64,000 nt of DNA from Syntrophobacterales bacterium (lineage in GTDB: Bacteria > Desulfobacterota > Desulfobaccia > Desulfobaccales > 0-14-0-80-60-11): NCBI GenBank assembly GCA_020060385.1, contig JAGVAH010000157.1, positions 4,586-68,585 on the forward strand, in the 5' to 3' direction. The position numbers were made by a program, and so were the translations under genes. The stretch's first letter is position 1; the number at the start of each line of letters is the position of its first letter. Below, piece by piece: positions 10,119 through 19,800 of the stretch. The notes beneath the pieces are model-generated. The model saw only the letters and a program-made list of their open reading frames with translations. It searched no databases and was not told where the DNA came from.

Positions 10119-10192
10119 GTTTTTGATTGCCAAAGACAGGCTCCTATGTTAAAAGAAATCCAGTTAATTTACCAAGATAGGTATTTGCAGGC

Positions 10193-10786
10193 ATGCCTCG
10201 ACCCGGGGTGTCGGACCCTTACCGCACCAGGGCTCGGGCCGAAGGGTATGTAGCCCGGGCTGTCTATAAATTAAAGGCGATGGACGGCAAATACCGCCTG
10301 TTCCAGCCAGGCCAGCGGGTGTTGGATCTGGGCTGCGCGCCTGGGTCCTGGCTGCAATACCTGGCCTCCCGCGTGGGGCCCACCGGAGTAGTGGTGGGAG
10401 TGGACCTGACCCCTCTAGCTGTGCCGGTGGCGCCGCCCGTATACTTCGTCTCCGGAGACTTGTCCGCCCTGGACCCGGAGGCGGTCACCGCCATCAGCCC
10501 CGACTTTGACGCGGTGGTCAGTGATCTGGCCCCCAGGACCACCGGCATCAGGGAAGTCGATCAACAGCGCTCCCTGGACCTGGCCCGGACCGCCTGGGAC
10601 TGGGCCCGGAAGCTCCTCCGGCCCGGGGGGCATTTCCTGGCGAAGGTCTTCGAAGGGCCCGGGGTCGAAGCCCTGGCTGGGGAACTTAAGGCTGCATTTC
10701 GGGTCTGCCGCCGGGTGAAACCCCCGGGCTCGAGGCCGGCCAGCAAGGAGATTTACCTCCTGGCCATGAATAGGAAAGAAAAATAA
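10193..10786 (+). CDS. rlmE: 23S rRNA (uridine-2'-O)-methyltransferase RlmE/FtsJ
   Basis: 197 aa: DPYRTRARAEGYVARAVYKLKAMDGKYRLFQPGQRVLDLGCAPGSWLQY (FtsJ fold with SAM motif), DVVVSDLAP. Confidence 0.9.
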   Translation: MPRPGVSDPYRTRARAEGYVARAVYKLKAMDGKYRLFQPGQRVLDLGCAPGSWLQYLASRVGPTGVVVGVDLTPLAVPVAPPVYFVSGDLSALDPEAVTAISPDFDAVVSDLAPRTTGIREVDQQRSLDLARTAWDWARKLLRPGGHFLAKVFEGPGVEALAGELKAAFRVCRRVKPPGSRPASKEIYLLAMNRKEK

Positions 10787-10790
10787 ATAT

Positions 10791-10912
10791 TCACCACCAA
10801 GACACCAAGAGCACCAAGAATCACCAAGAATTATGATTTTCCTTTGACGCTGTGGCGTCAAAGGGAAAAAAATCTCCTTGTTGAAACTTTGTGTCTTTGT
10901 GCCTTGGTGGTT
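10791..10912. repeat. CACCAAGA-type long hairpin element (copy 1 of 3)
   Basis: Left arm tcaccaccaagacaccaagagcaccaagaatcaccaagaa. Central perfect 10-bp hairpin cctttgacgc-tgtg-gcgtcaaagg (10841-10864). Right arm ctttgtgtctttgtgccttggtggtt is an imperfect reverse complement of the left arm. Closely resembles 54269-54378. Confidence 0.8.
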
Positions 10913-10934
10913 AAAATTCTAAGGAGTAAGCCAG

Positions 10935-11684
10935 ATGTCCGGCCATTCCAAGTGGAGCACCATCAAGCGCAAAAAAGGAGCCCTGGACGCCAAGCGGGGC
11001 AAGATCTTCGGGAAATTGACCAAGGAGCTCACCGTGGCCGCCCGCCTGGGCGGCGGCGACCCCGCGGGCAATCCCCGGCTCCGGGCCGCCATAGCCGCGG
11101 CCAAGGCGGAAAATCTCCCCAAAGACAATATGATGAAAGCCATCCGCAAAGGCACCGGGGAAGGGGGCGGCGCGGCCCTGGAGGAGTTGATCCTGGAAGG
11201 CTACGGCCCCGCGGGGGTGGCCCTGATGGTGGAGAGCCTCACGGACAATAAAAACCGCACCGTCTCCGATGTCCGCCATCTGATCACCAAGTACGGGGGC
11301 AACCTGGGGGAGCCCGGCTGCGTGGCCTGGATGTTCGACAAAAAAGGGGTCATCGTCTTCGACCGGGAGAGCGTCAAGGAGGATGAACTCCTGGAGGCCG
11401 CGCTGGAATGCGGCGCGGAAGACTTGCAGAGCGATGCGACCCAGTTTGAGGTCCTCACCGACCCCACCGGCTTCGTGGAGGTCAAAGAGGCCCTGGAAGC
11501 CAAGGGGTTTCAGCCTTTGCTGGCGGAGTTGCAGCTCCGTCCCAAGACCACGGTGCAGATCAATGAGGAAAAGCCCGCGCAGCAGGTCCTGAAACTGGTG
11601 GAGATGCTGGAAGAGCATGATGACGTGAACAATGTCTTCGCCAATTTCGATATCCCGGACCAGCTCCTGGAGGCCCTGATGTGA
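10935..11684 (+). CDS. yebC: YebC/PmpR-family probable transcriptional regulator
   Basis: 249 aa beginning [34 protein letters not shown]. Canonical position upstream of ruvC. Confidence 0.92.
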   Translation: MSGHSKWSTIKRKKGALDAKRGKIFGKLTKELTVAARLGGGDPAGNPRLRAAIAAAKAENLPKDNMMKAIRKGTGEGGGAALEELILEGYGPAGVALMVESLTDNKNRTVSDVRHLITKYGGNLGEPGCVAWMFDKKGVIVFDRESVKEDELLEAALECGAEDLQSDATQFEVLTDPTGFVEVKEALEAKGFQPLLAELQLRPKTTVQINEEKPAQQVLKLVEMLEEHDDVNNVFANFDIPDQLLEALM

Positions 11685-12160
11685 GGCAGGTGATCCTGGG
11701 GGTGGACCCCGGTTCCCGGGACACCGGGTTCGGGGTCATTGAGGGGGAGGGGGAGCATCTCCTGCATCTGGCTTCCGGGCGCATCCATGCCGGCCGCCCC
11801 CCGTCCCTGGAGAACCGCCTGCGTCAAATCTATGACGGCCTGACGGCCCTGATTAAAGAGCACCAGCCCCAGGCCCTGGCCCTGGAGGAGATCTTCCTGG
11901 CCGCCAACGTCCGCACCGCCTTTATTTTGGGGCAGGTGCGGGGGGTGGTCCTGCTGGCCGCGGCCCAGGCCGCGCTGCCCATCTTTCATTACCCCCCTGC
12001 CACGGTGAAAAAGGCGGTGGTGGGCTACGGCCAGGCCACCAAGGCCCAGGTGCAACTGATGATCGAACACCTCCTGGGTCTCAAAATCACCAACGAGCAC
12101 GCCGCGGACGCCCTGGCCGTGGGCGTCTGCCACCACTTCCACTGCCGCTGGCCGCGTTGA
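11681..12160 (+). CDS. ruvC: Holliday junction resolvase RuvC
   Basis: 159 aa: [43 protein letters not shown] start overlaps the yebC stop. Confidence 0.9.
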   Translation: MRQVILGVDPGSRDTGFGVIEGEGEHLLHLASGRIHAGRPPSLENRLRQIYDGLTALIKEHQPQALALEEIFLAANVRTAFILGQVRGVVLLAAAQAALPIFHYPPATVKKAVVGYGQATKAQVQLMIEHLLGLKITNEHAADALAVGVCHHFHCRWPR

Positions 12161-12280
12161 AGCCCATTCTTCGGATCGCGATTCCGTTAATAGTCTTATA
12201 TCTGCATCTTCCCGGTTCAGTGATAAGAGAAGAGTTTGGCAAGTAAGCAACTATTTTCCTTTTGCTTTGTGATTGACCAT

Positions 12281-12304
12281 AAAAAAAAAGGGCCCTGGTG
12301 GGCC
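12281..12304 (-). terminator. Rho-independent terminator (minus strand) after the small lipoprotein gene
   Basis: GGCCC-TGGT-GGGCC stem-loop (12291-12304) followed on the minus strand by a run of nine T (12281-12289). Confidence 0.5.
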
Positions 12305-12413
12305 ATTGCATAAATTCCTGGTCGCCGTTTTTAGTTTATGCAACAAAATAATCTGAGTTATGTTTAATCCACAGTTTTGGGTTTAAAGCTTTTTTTAGGG
12401 GAAATAGTCCTGG

Positions 12414-12641
12414 TCAATCATCCTCCCAGTCTTCCCTAACAATACTTTGGCTTGTGCCTCCAAAGAGATCGTGCTCAATTATCCAGCCACATTTACTGGT
12501 TCTTTGCGAAGTGCTTAGGAAACCTAATTGGTATTTTTTCGGATAACCGGACGTGCAAGCGAGCGTAAGACTGATCGCCAAAATCAATAACAGGGCCAGA
12601 ACAACTAGCCGTCCCCATAACGGTTTCATCCTAGGTCGCAT
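12414..12641 (-). CDS. Small hypothetical lipoprotein
   Basis: Internal ATG 12641 with AAGGAGG 7 nt upstream: MRPRMKPLWGRLVVLALLLILAISLTLAC (signal peptide with lipobox-like LTLAC). Lower GC than its surroundings. No recognisable family. Confidence 0.5.
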   Translation of the reverse strand: MRPRMKPLWGRLVVLALLLILAISLTLACTSGYPKKYQLGFLSTSQRTSKCGWIIEHDLFGGTSQSIVREDWEDD

Positions 12642-12904
12642 TTCTCGGCCTCCTTGGACTGACACAAAGTGAAAAGGGAATCCTGAAGGCAAATCTGTAT
12701 CCAGGCGAGCAGGTAAGTAATTCGAAGTACAATGGTTTTAGCACTTCGGACATCCCGCTACCTTGGCCGACAGGCATTAGGCCGGTGACTTTGCGCTCTC
12801 ACCTTTCGGTAAACTTTGCCCTTTTCGATAGTGTAAAAAGCTTATCGGTACCTTTGCTGAAAACTGAAGAAGTTGTTGCTAGTTGTCCAGCCTGCCCCGC
12901 CTCG

Positions 12905-13275
12905 TGAGGAAAGATAAAATTAACCTGGACTTTTAACCGCCTTTTGCATTAGAACTCCAGAAAAGAGTTGAATGTCCGGTCTACGGCCTGCGGTGCTTGG
13001 GATCGGCTATCAGAGGACACATGATCGGTTTCCTGGAAGGCGAACTCCTGGACGAGAGCCCGGGCCAGGTCCTGGTCAAGGCGGGGGGCGCGGGCTACCG
13101 GCTGCTCATTCCCCGGTCCACCTGCTAGGCCCTGCCCGAGTCTCCGGGCCGCGCTCAGCCTGCAGATTCACCCCCGCATCCAGGACGACGCCCTGCACCT
13201 TGACGGCTTCCACACCCCGGAGGAAAATGACCTCTGCCTCCGGCACCTGAAAATCCCCCGCGTCGGCCCTGGCTG
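12905..13275 (+). repeat. Direct repeat copy 1 (ruvA upstream region plus 5' coding part), left boundary of the ~22-kb insertion
   Basis: Aligns by eye over about 370 bp with 35558-35932, roughly four fifths identical with small indels. Example: tgaggaaagataaaattaacctggacttttaaccgccttttgcattagaactccagaaaagagtt vs tgaggcaggagaaaataaacctggacttggagccggcttttgcattagaaatccagaaaagagtt. Confidence 0.85.
13021..13275 (+). pseudogene. Truncated, inactivated 5' fragment of ruvA
   Basis: ATGATCGGTTTCCTGGAAGGCGAACTCCTGGAC parallels the intact ruvA start at 35676. Codon 36 is TAG (13126-13128) where ruvA has TAC (Tyr36). Indels follow and similarity ends near 13275. Confidence 0.8.
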
Positions 13276-13413
13276 GGTCCCTTAAGGGGCGGCTCCATAC
13301 ACGTGCTCCATACCTTGGGAATCCTGCTCAACCCCAGCCGTTTGTTGAGCTGGCAGCTAAATCCCTGGCGCTCTTCCTGGCCGGCCCCTGGCAGCTAAAT
13401 TTGGCACCGGACC

Positions 13414-13442
13414 TTGCATTTTTGTGAAGACATAATTATAAT
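13414..13442 (+). promoter_or_regulatory. Sigma-70-type promoter candidate for the giant-ORF operon
   Basis: TTGCAT (13414-13419), 17-nt spacer, TATAAT (13437-13442) in an AT-rich patch about 360 nt upstream of the ORF A ATG. Preceded by two direct TGGCAGCTAAAT 12-mers (13351-13362, 13389-13400). Confidence 0.45.
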
Positions 13443-13802
13443 TAACCATATTTCGGTGGACCGTTCCCAACCAACTGACAACTTTTCCTGCAACTGTCCA
13501 ACAAGGAGCTCAAGTGCAAGAGGCCAAAATCCGGTCTGGCAGGCGCTGCAAAAGGTTGGCTCAAAAGGTTGTCTCCTCCGCAAACTTCCGCTTCACTGAT
13601 GCAGCCGGTTTAGTCATCGTCTGACCTGAGCGATAACGGGCCCGGTTACTGCCTGGCCCCCCTTCTCCTTCTCTCCAGCCAGACCATCCAAGCCCAAGCT
13701 TAACCCGCAGCCTGCCCTGAAGGATCGGGGAAAGGGCGGGGAATAAAGCCCAGCGGCGTTTACCTCCTTCCTTGGCATCTTTGACCAGGAGGTTTGACAG
13801 CC

Positions 13803-16800
13803 ATGGCCGAGGGTGGTTCTCCCGGTACCATTTTGGAAGCCTCGATCTCTGGGGTGCCTGCGGATCTGCGCCAGTGGCGCCTTATCAAAGGGGACCCGGA
13901 GGTTTTCGGAGTCTGGCTGGGGGATAGCTTCTATCCCCTGGCCCGGAGGGAGAATCTTGGCCTGGGCTTCCAGGAAGGCCTTCTGGGAGCCGGTTATGCC
14001 GCGGCCTGGAGGGATCGATCGGACTGCCTGGAACACCTGCCGCACCCTTTAGCCGACTTTTTCCGCCGGCAACCGGAGCGCTCCCAATTTTATCTGGTCT
14101 CCCGGAACTTGCCCGGAAATGCTGGACAGCCGGTGCCGTTGTTCACCCTGGCCAAAACGGACAGGGGCCAGGCAGTGGTTCTGGAACTCAATCCGGACTT
14201 CGCAGACCGCCGGGAGATCTATCTGGCCCTGGCTGTTTATAGCCTGGTCCAGGCCAACACCCCTTACCTCCACCACCGCTTCGATGCCCATGGGGATTTC
14301 CAGCGCCTGGGGGCCTTTTCCCAGGTAGAGCGCCACAGCACTGAGATGTCCAGGAAACACCTGGGCCAACGCATCTATTTCGAGGCAGAGGGCTGCACCC
14401 ACTGCCTCAAGTGCGCCGCCTCCTGCAGCGAAATGCAGGTGAGGCTGACCTCCGGGGGCTTAACGGTCCTGGGTCCGGCAGAAGATTATTGTACCGTCTG
14501 CCGCCTCTGCCTGGCGCATTGCCCGTATCTAAAGGATGTGCGTAAAGAAGACCTGACCCCGGACCGCCAGGCTGCACCTGCCGCCCACTTCACCGGGGGC
14601 GCCGCCGTCTATCTGACCCGGGAGGCGGCCCGGGAAGCCCAGGCCTGGTTTCAGGGGTTGGCCGCATCCCCAGGGCGTGGAGGCGATTGGCGGATTTCCC
14701 TGCTTTATCAAGGAGCCTCCTGGCAGGAAGGGGAGCCACCGGGACCGGAAATCCGGCAGTATTCCCTTCAGGAGCAAAGGCCCGGGAGTCCTTACAAACC
14801 TTTGCTGATTACGGCACATATCTCACCCCAGGGGGGGACCGCACCACCCTTGCTGATTCTCCGCTTGCTGAGCCGGGTGGCGGTCTTTCTCACCAGCGCT
14901 GCGGGGGAGATCGAGGCCGAACTGCTGCGAGGCGTAGACTCAATGGGGGTCCTCTACCAGGGGGTGGTGGATGGAGAAAAATTTGGCAGCCCCGGGGACA
15001 TGCCCCTGGCGTCCAAACTCCATCGCCTCCACCGGCTGGCCCCGGACGCGGATTTGGCGGCTTTGGTCACCGCCGGGCAAGTGGATGTGGTGTTGACCCC
15101 GACCCTGGAGGCCTTGCCGGCGCCGGTTTCCTCCTATTTCCTGGAAGCCACCGGCAACCTGGCCCACCTCCTGGCTCCCCAGATCTTTCAGGCCTTCACC
15201 TTCAGCCCGGAGCCTCTCCTCCATGAGATCCGGGAACTCTGTCTGGAGGTTTTTCCCCGCTATCCGCAACTCCTGGCCGCAGAAGCAGAACGGGCCCGGA
15301 CCTACCTGGCCGATTTGCCCCGCTATGGCCCGGAGATCCACGCCCGCTATCGTACCTGGGGCATGGCCCCGGGCCACAGCGCCTGCCCCACCTGCGCGGA
15401 ATTGCAAACCCTGGCGGTGCCCCTCTATATGGCCATGCTCCTCTCCCTGTCCCGGGGGCAGGTTCCCCAGGTGACCTTCACCTGCGAAACCGGGTGCATG
15501 AGCGAGACCCTCAATAAGGTTAAAGAAGTGGCCCAAAAAGTGAAAGGGGGCCGCACCGTGTTTGGGGGTGGCTTCGCGTTCGGGGAAGCCGCGGCCATGT
15601 CCGAGGAGTGGGCCATGGCCCGGGGCGTCTTGCCCCAGGGTCGGCGCTACGTGGTGAGCCAGAGCGGGGATGGCGGCGCGGTCATCGGGCTGCCAGCTTG
15701 GCTCAACGCCCTGCGGCAGCGGTCCTTCCTCATCAAGGATCGGGAGGCCCAGGTACTGCATTTTATCAATGTCACCGATACCCAGGTCTATTCCAACACC
15801 GGGGGAGAGAGTTCGGCCACCTCCATGCTGGGCATGAGCACCCTCACCACCCCCCTGGGGCGCTTCCTGGTGGGCAATCAGCGCATCCAGTGGCAACTCA
15901 TCAACCTGGCCGCGGAATTTCCCGGGGTTCTGGTGGGGAGCGGGCATTCGGCCCATAAGGATCTGATGCAGGAATTCTGGGCGGAAGCCGACCGCCTGGG
16001 GCGTTCCGCTATCCGTTGGGATGTCACCCCCTGTCCGGAAACCGGTAAATTCTTCGGGGAAGATCCGGATCGTTTGGCCCGGATTATGGCCTATGCCGGG
16101 TTCCTCCCGGAGGTGGTATTTGTGGGCCGCTTGCGCAAACGGGTGGCTCCCATCAATCCCCGGGATCGCCACAAGAACTGGCGGGAATGGACCTCGGAGC
16201 CCCAGCCCATTTATTACTGGCTTGCCCAAGATCCCCGTTACCGTCCCTTGATCCGCCGGGACCTGGTGAGCGGCCACTGGGAGCCCATCAATCCCGCAGT
16301 CAGGGCCATCATCGCCCAGTTGGAGAGTTTCCGGGATGGCCTCAATCGTCAGATCGACCTGGAAAACCGCCTGGTCCGGGAGGCGGAGGAATATACCGCC
16401 GAATTTTTCCGGCATCTCCAGGCCGAATGGCAGAGACATCGCTACGTCCCGGAAGAGTTTCCCTATCATTTCCTGTTCAATGACCAGGGGGAACTGAAAC
16501 CTGAGTTCGGCCCGGCCTTGCCCCGGGATTTCCTGGAGGCGGTTTTGGGTCTGGATTACGTGAGGCAGTATGTGGTGGCCCGGGACGAACAGATGACCGG
16601 GGAGGTCCAGACCCTGCAAACTCCGGGTCCGGCTGCACAAGCAATCCCGCCGGACGGCGGCGAAGGGTTACCGCCCCCTGACCCCGTGGTAGCCATGGGG
16701 ACCACGGCTACCAGCTACGAGTCCGTGGCCGCGGCCCGGCAGGCGGAATTCCAGCGCCTGCTGGATCGCCTCCTGGACGACCGGGCCCTGGCCAAGCAGG

Positions 16801-19800
16801 CCCAGATTTCCCAGTATATTTTAGGGAAAGAGTTGGCCAGGGATTTCCAGGCTCAGGGAGGCATCTTTACCCGGGCTCCGGGGAGAGGAGCGGACCTGGC
16901 CCCGGCCCGCCGGGAGTTTCGCGATAGCCTCGCCGCGTTGGGGGAATTTGCCTTGGGCGTGGCCTCCCTGGCCGGGGAACGGGGCATCGCCCTCAACCGT
17001 CTGTTCTCCCAGTATTTCACCGGCAAAGGGGCCTGGGCCGGCATGGCCTGGCAGTTCGGGTCTTCCAAACGGGGCACCCCGGTTTTTTCCGCGACTTTTA
17101 TCTCCCACCGTCCCATCCAGCGCCAGGACGCGCTGTTGCGTTTTCCCTTTTACGTGCTCACCGTCACCAACTACGGGGATTTGAAATCCCAGCCGGATTT
17201 GTTTTACGACCACCTCCACCCCCAGGGTTATCTCATTATCAATACCCCCCGGACCCCGGCCGCCATTCACCAGGAATTGCTGGCCGGCTATGACGACCAC
17301 ACCCGCCAGGGGGTGGCCCGGGCCCAGGATGCGCCCCGGGGCGAGGCCCGGGAAGCGGTGAGCCAATGGTTGTTTGAAGTTCCCTATAACGCCCTGAACC
17401 GGGAGCAGCTGGATCAGGTTACCAAAGTCCTGGCCCTGGCCCAGGCCCGGGTGATCACCACCGACCTGGACGGGATTATGGCCCAGGTGACCGGCAGCAG
17501 CCGGGCGGTTTCCAATCTGGTGGCGGTGGCCCCCATGATGCGGGCCCTGGAGCTTTTGGGCATGCCGGTGAGCTTTGAGGCCGACTTGCCGGCCCTGACC
17601 GCGGGCTTTCCCGGGGCGGTGAAAAAAAATAAGCAGCTGACCGAGCAATATTTGACGGCCATGGGGCGGGCCTATCAGGAGTCCCAGGGATTTAGCGACG
17701 CCCCGCCGCAGCTCCCCCCCCATCCCGGGGGACCGTCCCCGGACCCGGGGGACTATTATCTGGAGATGGGGGGCACCCTGGCGGGCCAGGTCCTGAGCCA
17801 GCTGGCCACCAGGGACCACCCCTTATTTTATATCGGTTTTCCCATCACCCCCGCGGGCAACCCCTTTTATGCCATGGCCCAGGCCTATGCCAACGGCCAC
17901 CCCTATATCATGGTGGACGAAAACAATCCCTCGGAGAAGGTGGCCGCGGAAAAGCTGCTGGGGGTGGCCCGCACCGGCGGCGCCCTGCCGGTGACCTTCA
18001 CCGCCTCCCAGGGTTGGCGGCTCTTTGCGGAAATCATGCCCCAACTGGTGGGGGCTCGCCTCGAATGCCTCTTCATCCTGGCCAAACGGGCCCTGGCCGC
18101 GCCAGCCCTGAACATCGAGGAGAGCCATACGGATTTCATGACCTTCCGGGATGACGGGGCCATTATGCTCTCCCCCAAAGACATCCAGGAATTCGTCCCC
18201 TGCCTCTATCTGGCCCGGTTGCTGACGCATTTTGCCCGGCTGCCGGTGGTGGCCTCCCTGGGGGGCATCACCGATACCCACAAAATCAGCCTGGTCAAGG
18301 TTCCTCCGGACCAAGAGGTCCAGGCCTGGCTGGCCCGGGCCCTGGCGGAGGTGGATTTCCTGGAAGATAAGCTGCTGAATCGCCAGGGGGAGGTGATTGT
18401 CCACGGTCCCAGCGCCACCGGGGAAGTCTATCAGGAAACTCAATCGGCAGTGGAGAAGGCCCATGCCCTGGTGCCTCGGGTCTTCCCGTATGCGGCCCGC
18501 CTGGTGGAGGAATTGACGGGCTACCGCTTCCAGGAACTGGAAGTCGCGGCCACGGCCCCGGGGGAACCCCTGACCACCGGGCTGGTCCTCACCGGCTCTT
18601 TCTATCCCAACGCACAGGAGGCCATTGCCGAACTGGCCCAGGAGGGCTGGGGGGAGCTGGGGGCCATTTCCGTCAGGCTGTTCAATCCCTTTCCGGAAGA
18701 GGCCCTGGCTGAGATATTGTCCGGGGCCAAGCTGGTGACCATCATAGACCGCTCCAACAGTTTCGGCAGCGTGCCGCCTCTGGCCAGCCGGGTGATCACG
18801 GCCCTGGCCCGCGCCCGTAAAGGGCTGCCGCCCCTCTTTCGCGTCCTGGTGGGCGGCCTGGGGGGACGGGAGATCACCGTGCCCGAACTCAAAGAAATCA
18901 TCAAGTTCAGCCATCTGTGCCTGGCGCCCCGGCCCCAGGTAAAGCCGGGGCTCAGGCAGCGCCTCCTGGAGGGGGACCTGTTGCTCCAGGGATTACTGGC
19001 AGAACGGGCGGCCCTGGAAGCCAGGAGTCTGCAGCGGCATACGCGGCTCCCAGCCGCGGCCCGGTCCGAGGCCCAGGCCCCGGGAGCGCTTGCGGCCACC
19101 CGGGAAAGACTGGCCCAGGCCCTCATCCGGGGAGATTACCTCTCCGCCCTGGCCAATTACGGCTCCGTGGAGTTCGTCAATCCCCAGGAAGTTTGGGAGG
19201 AGACCCGGCTCCTCAAGAAGTTGATCATCCGCCTGGAGATGCTGCTGGCCCGGGAACTCATCAGCCAGGGACAGGCCGACTGGCGGGCAGCGGCAACACT
19301 CCTGGAATACGGGGTGCAGCCCGGAGATTTTGCCTTGGCGGTGCGCGGCCTTAATTCCCTGATCACCGCCGCGCCGGCCCCTGCGGCCTGGACTCTTTAT
19401 CGACTGGGTGAAGCCTACGGTCATAAATTCAGGCCCAGGGGCCTGACCTTAAGGGCACCGGTGGGGCCGCCTCCGGCGCCTCTGCCCCCGTCTGCGGCTC
19501 CAGAAATTGAGGAGCCGGCGCCACCGTTGGGCGCGGCCAGGCCCGAAGTTCCCTTTTCCCCCGCGGAGGCGGCTATTTTAGAGAAGGTCATGCGCGCCCT
19601 GATTGGGGAAAGCGCCCAACGGGAAACCCTGCGCAATCCCCTTGACCTGGAGCGGGAGACCCTGGATATCCTGGCCCGTGACCCGGCCTCCCAGCTTTTT
19701 GGCCGGGCCGATGGGGCCATCCGCCGGGCCTATCAGGAGGTGTATACCGGGGTCATCGACCGGACCCTGGCCGAGGGCATCCTGGGGCAACACTATGCCC

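Noticed and set aside
13396-13419. Sigma-54-like sequence TGGCAC-CGGACC-TTGCA upstream of the giant operon
   Set aside because: The spacer is 6 nt, not the strictly conserved 5 nt between the TGGCAC and TTGC elements. The overlapping TTGCAT-N17-TATAAT sigma-70 reading fits better. Kept only as a note in the promoter finding.
13514-13624. 36-codon upstream ORF (GTG with AAGGAG 5 nt upstream; MQEAKIRSGRRCKRLAQKVVSSANFRFTDAAGLVIV) in the giant-operon leader
   Set aside because: Too short, with no supporting conservation information. An SD-like AAGGAG can occur by chance. Noted only as something ribosome profiling could test.
13600-13700. TPP (THI-box) riboswitch in the leader of the TPP-enzyme operon
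   Set aside because: Only a loose ACCUGAGCGAUAAC resemblance. The conserved CUGAGA/ACCUGAUCUGGAUAAUGCCAGCG core is absent.
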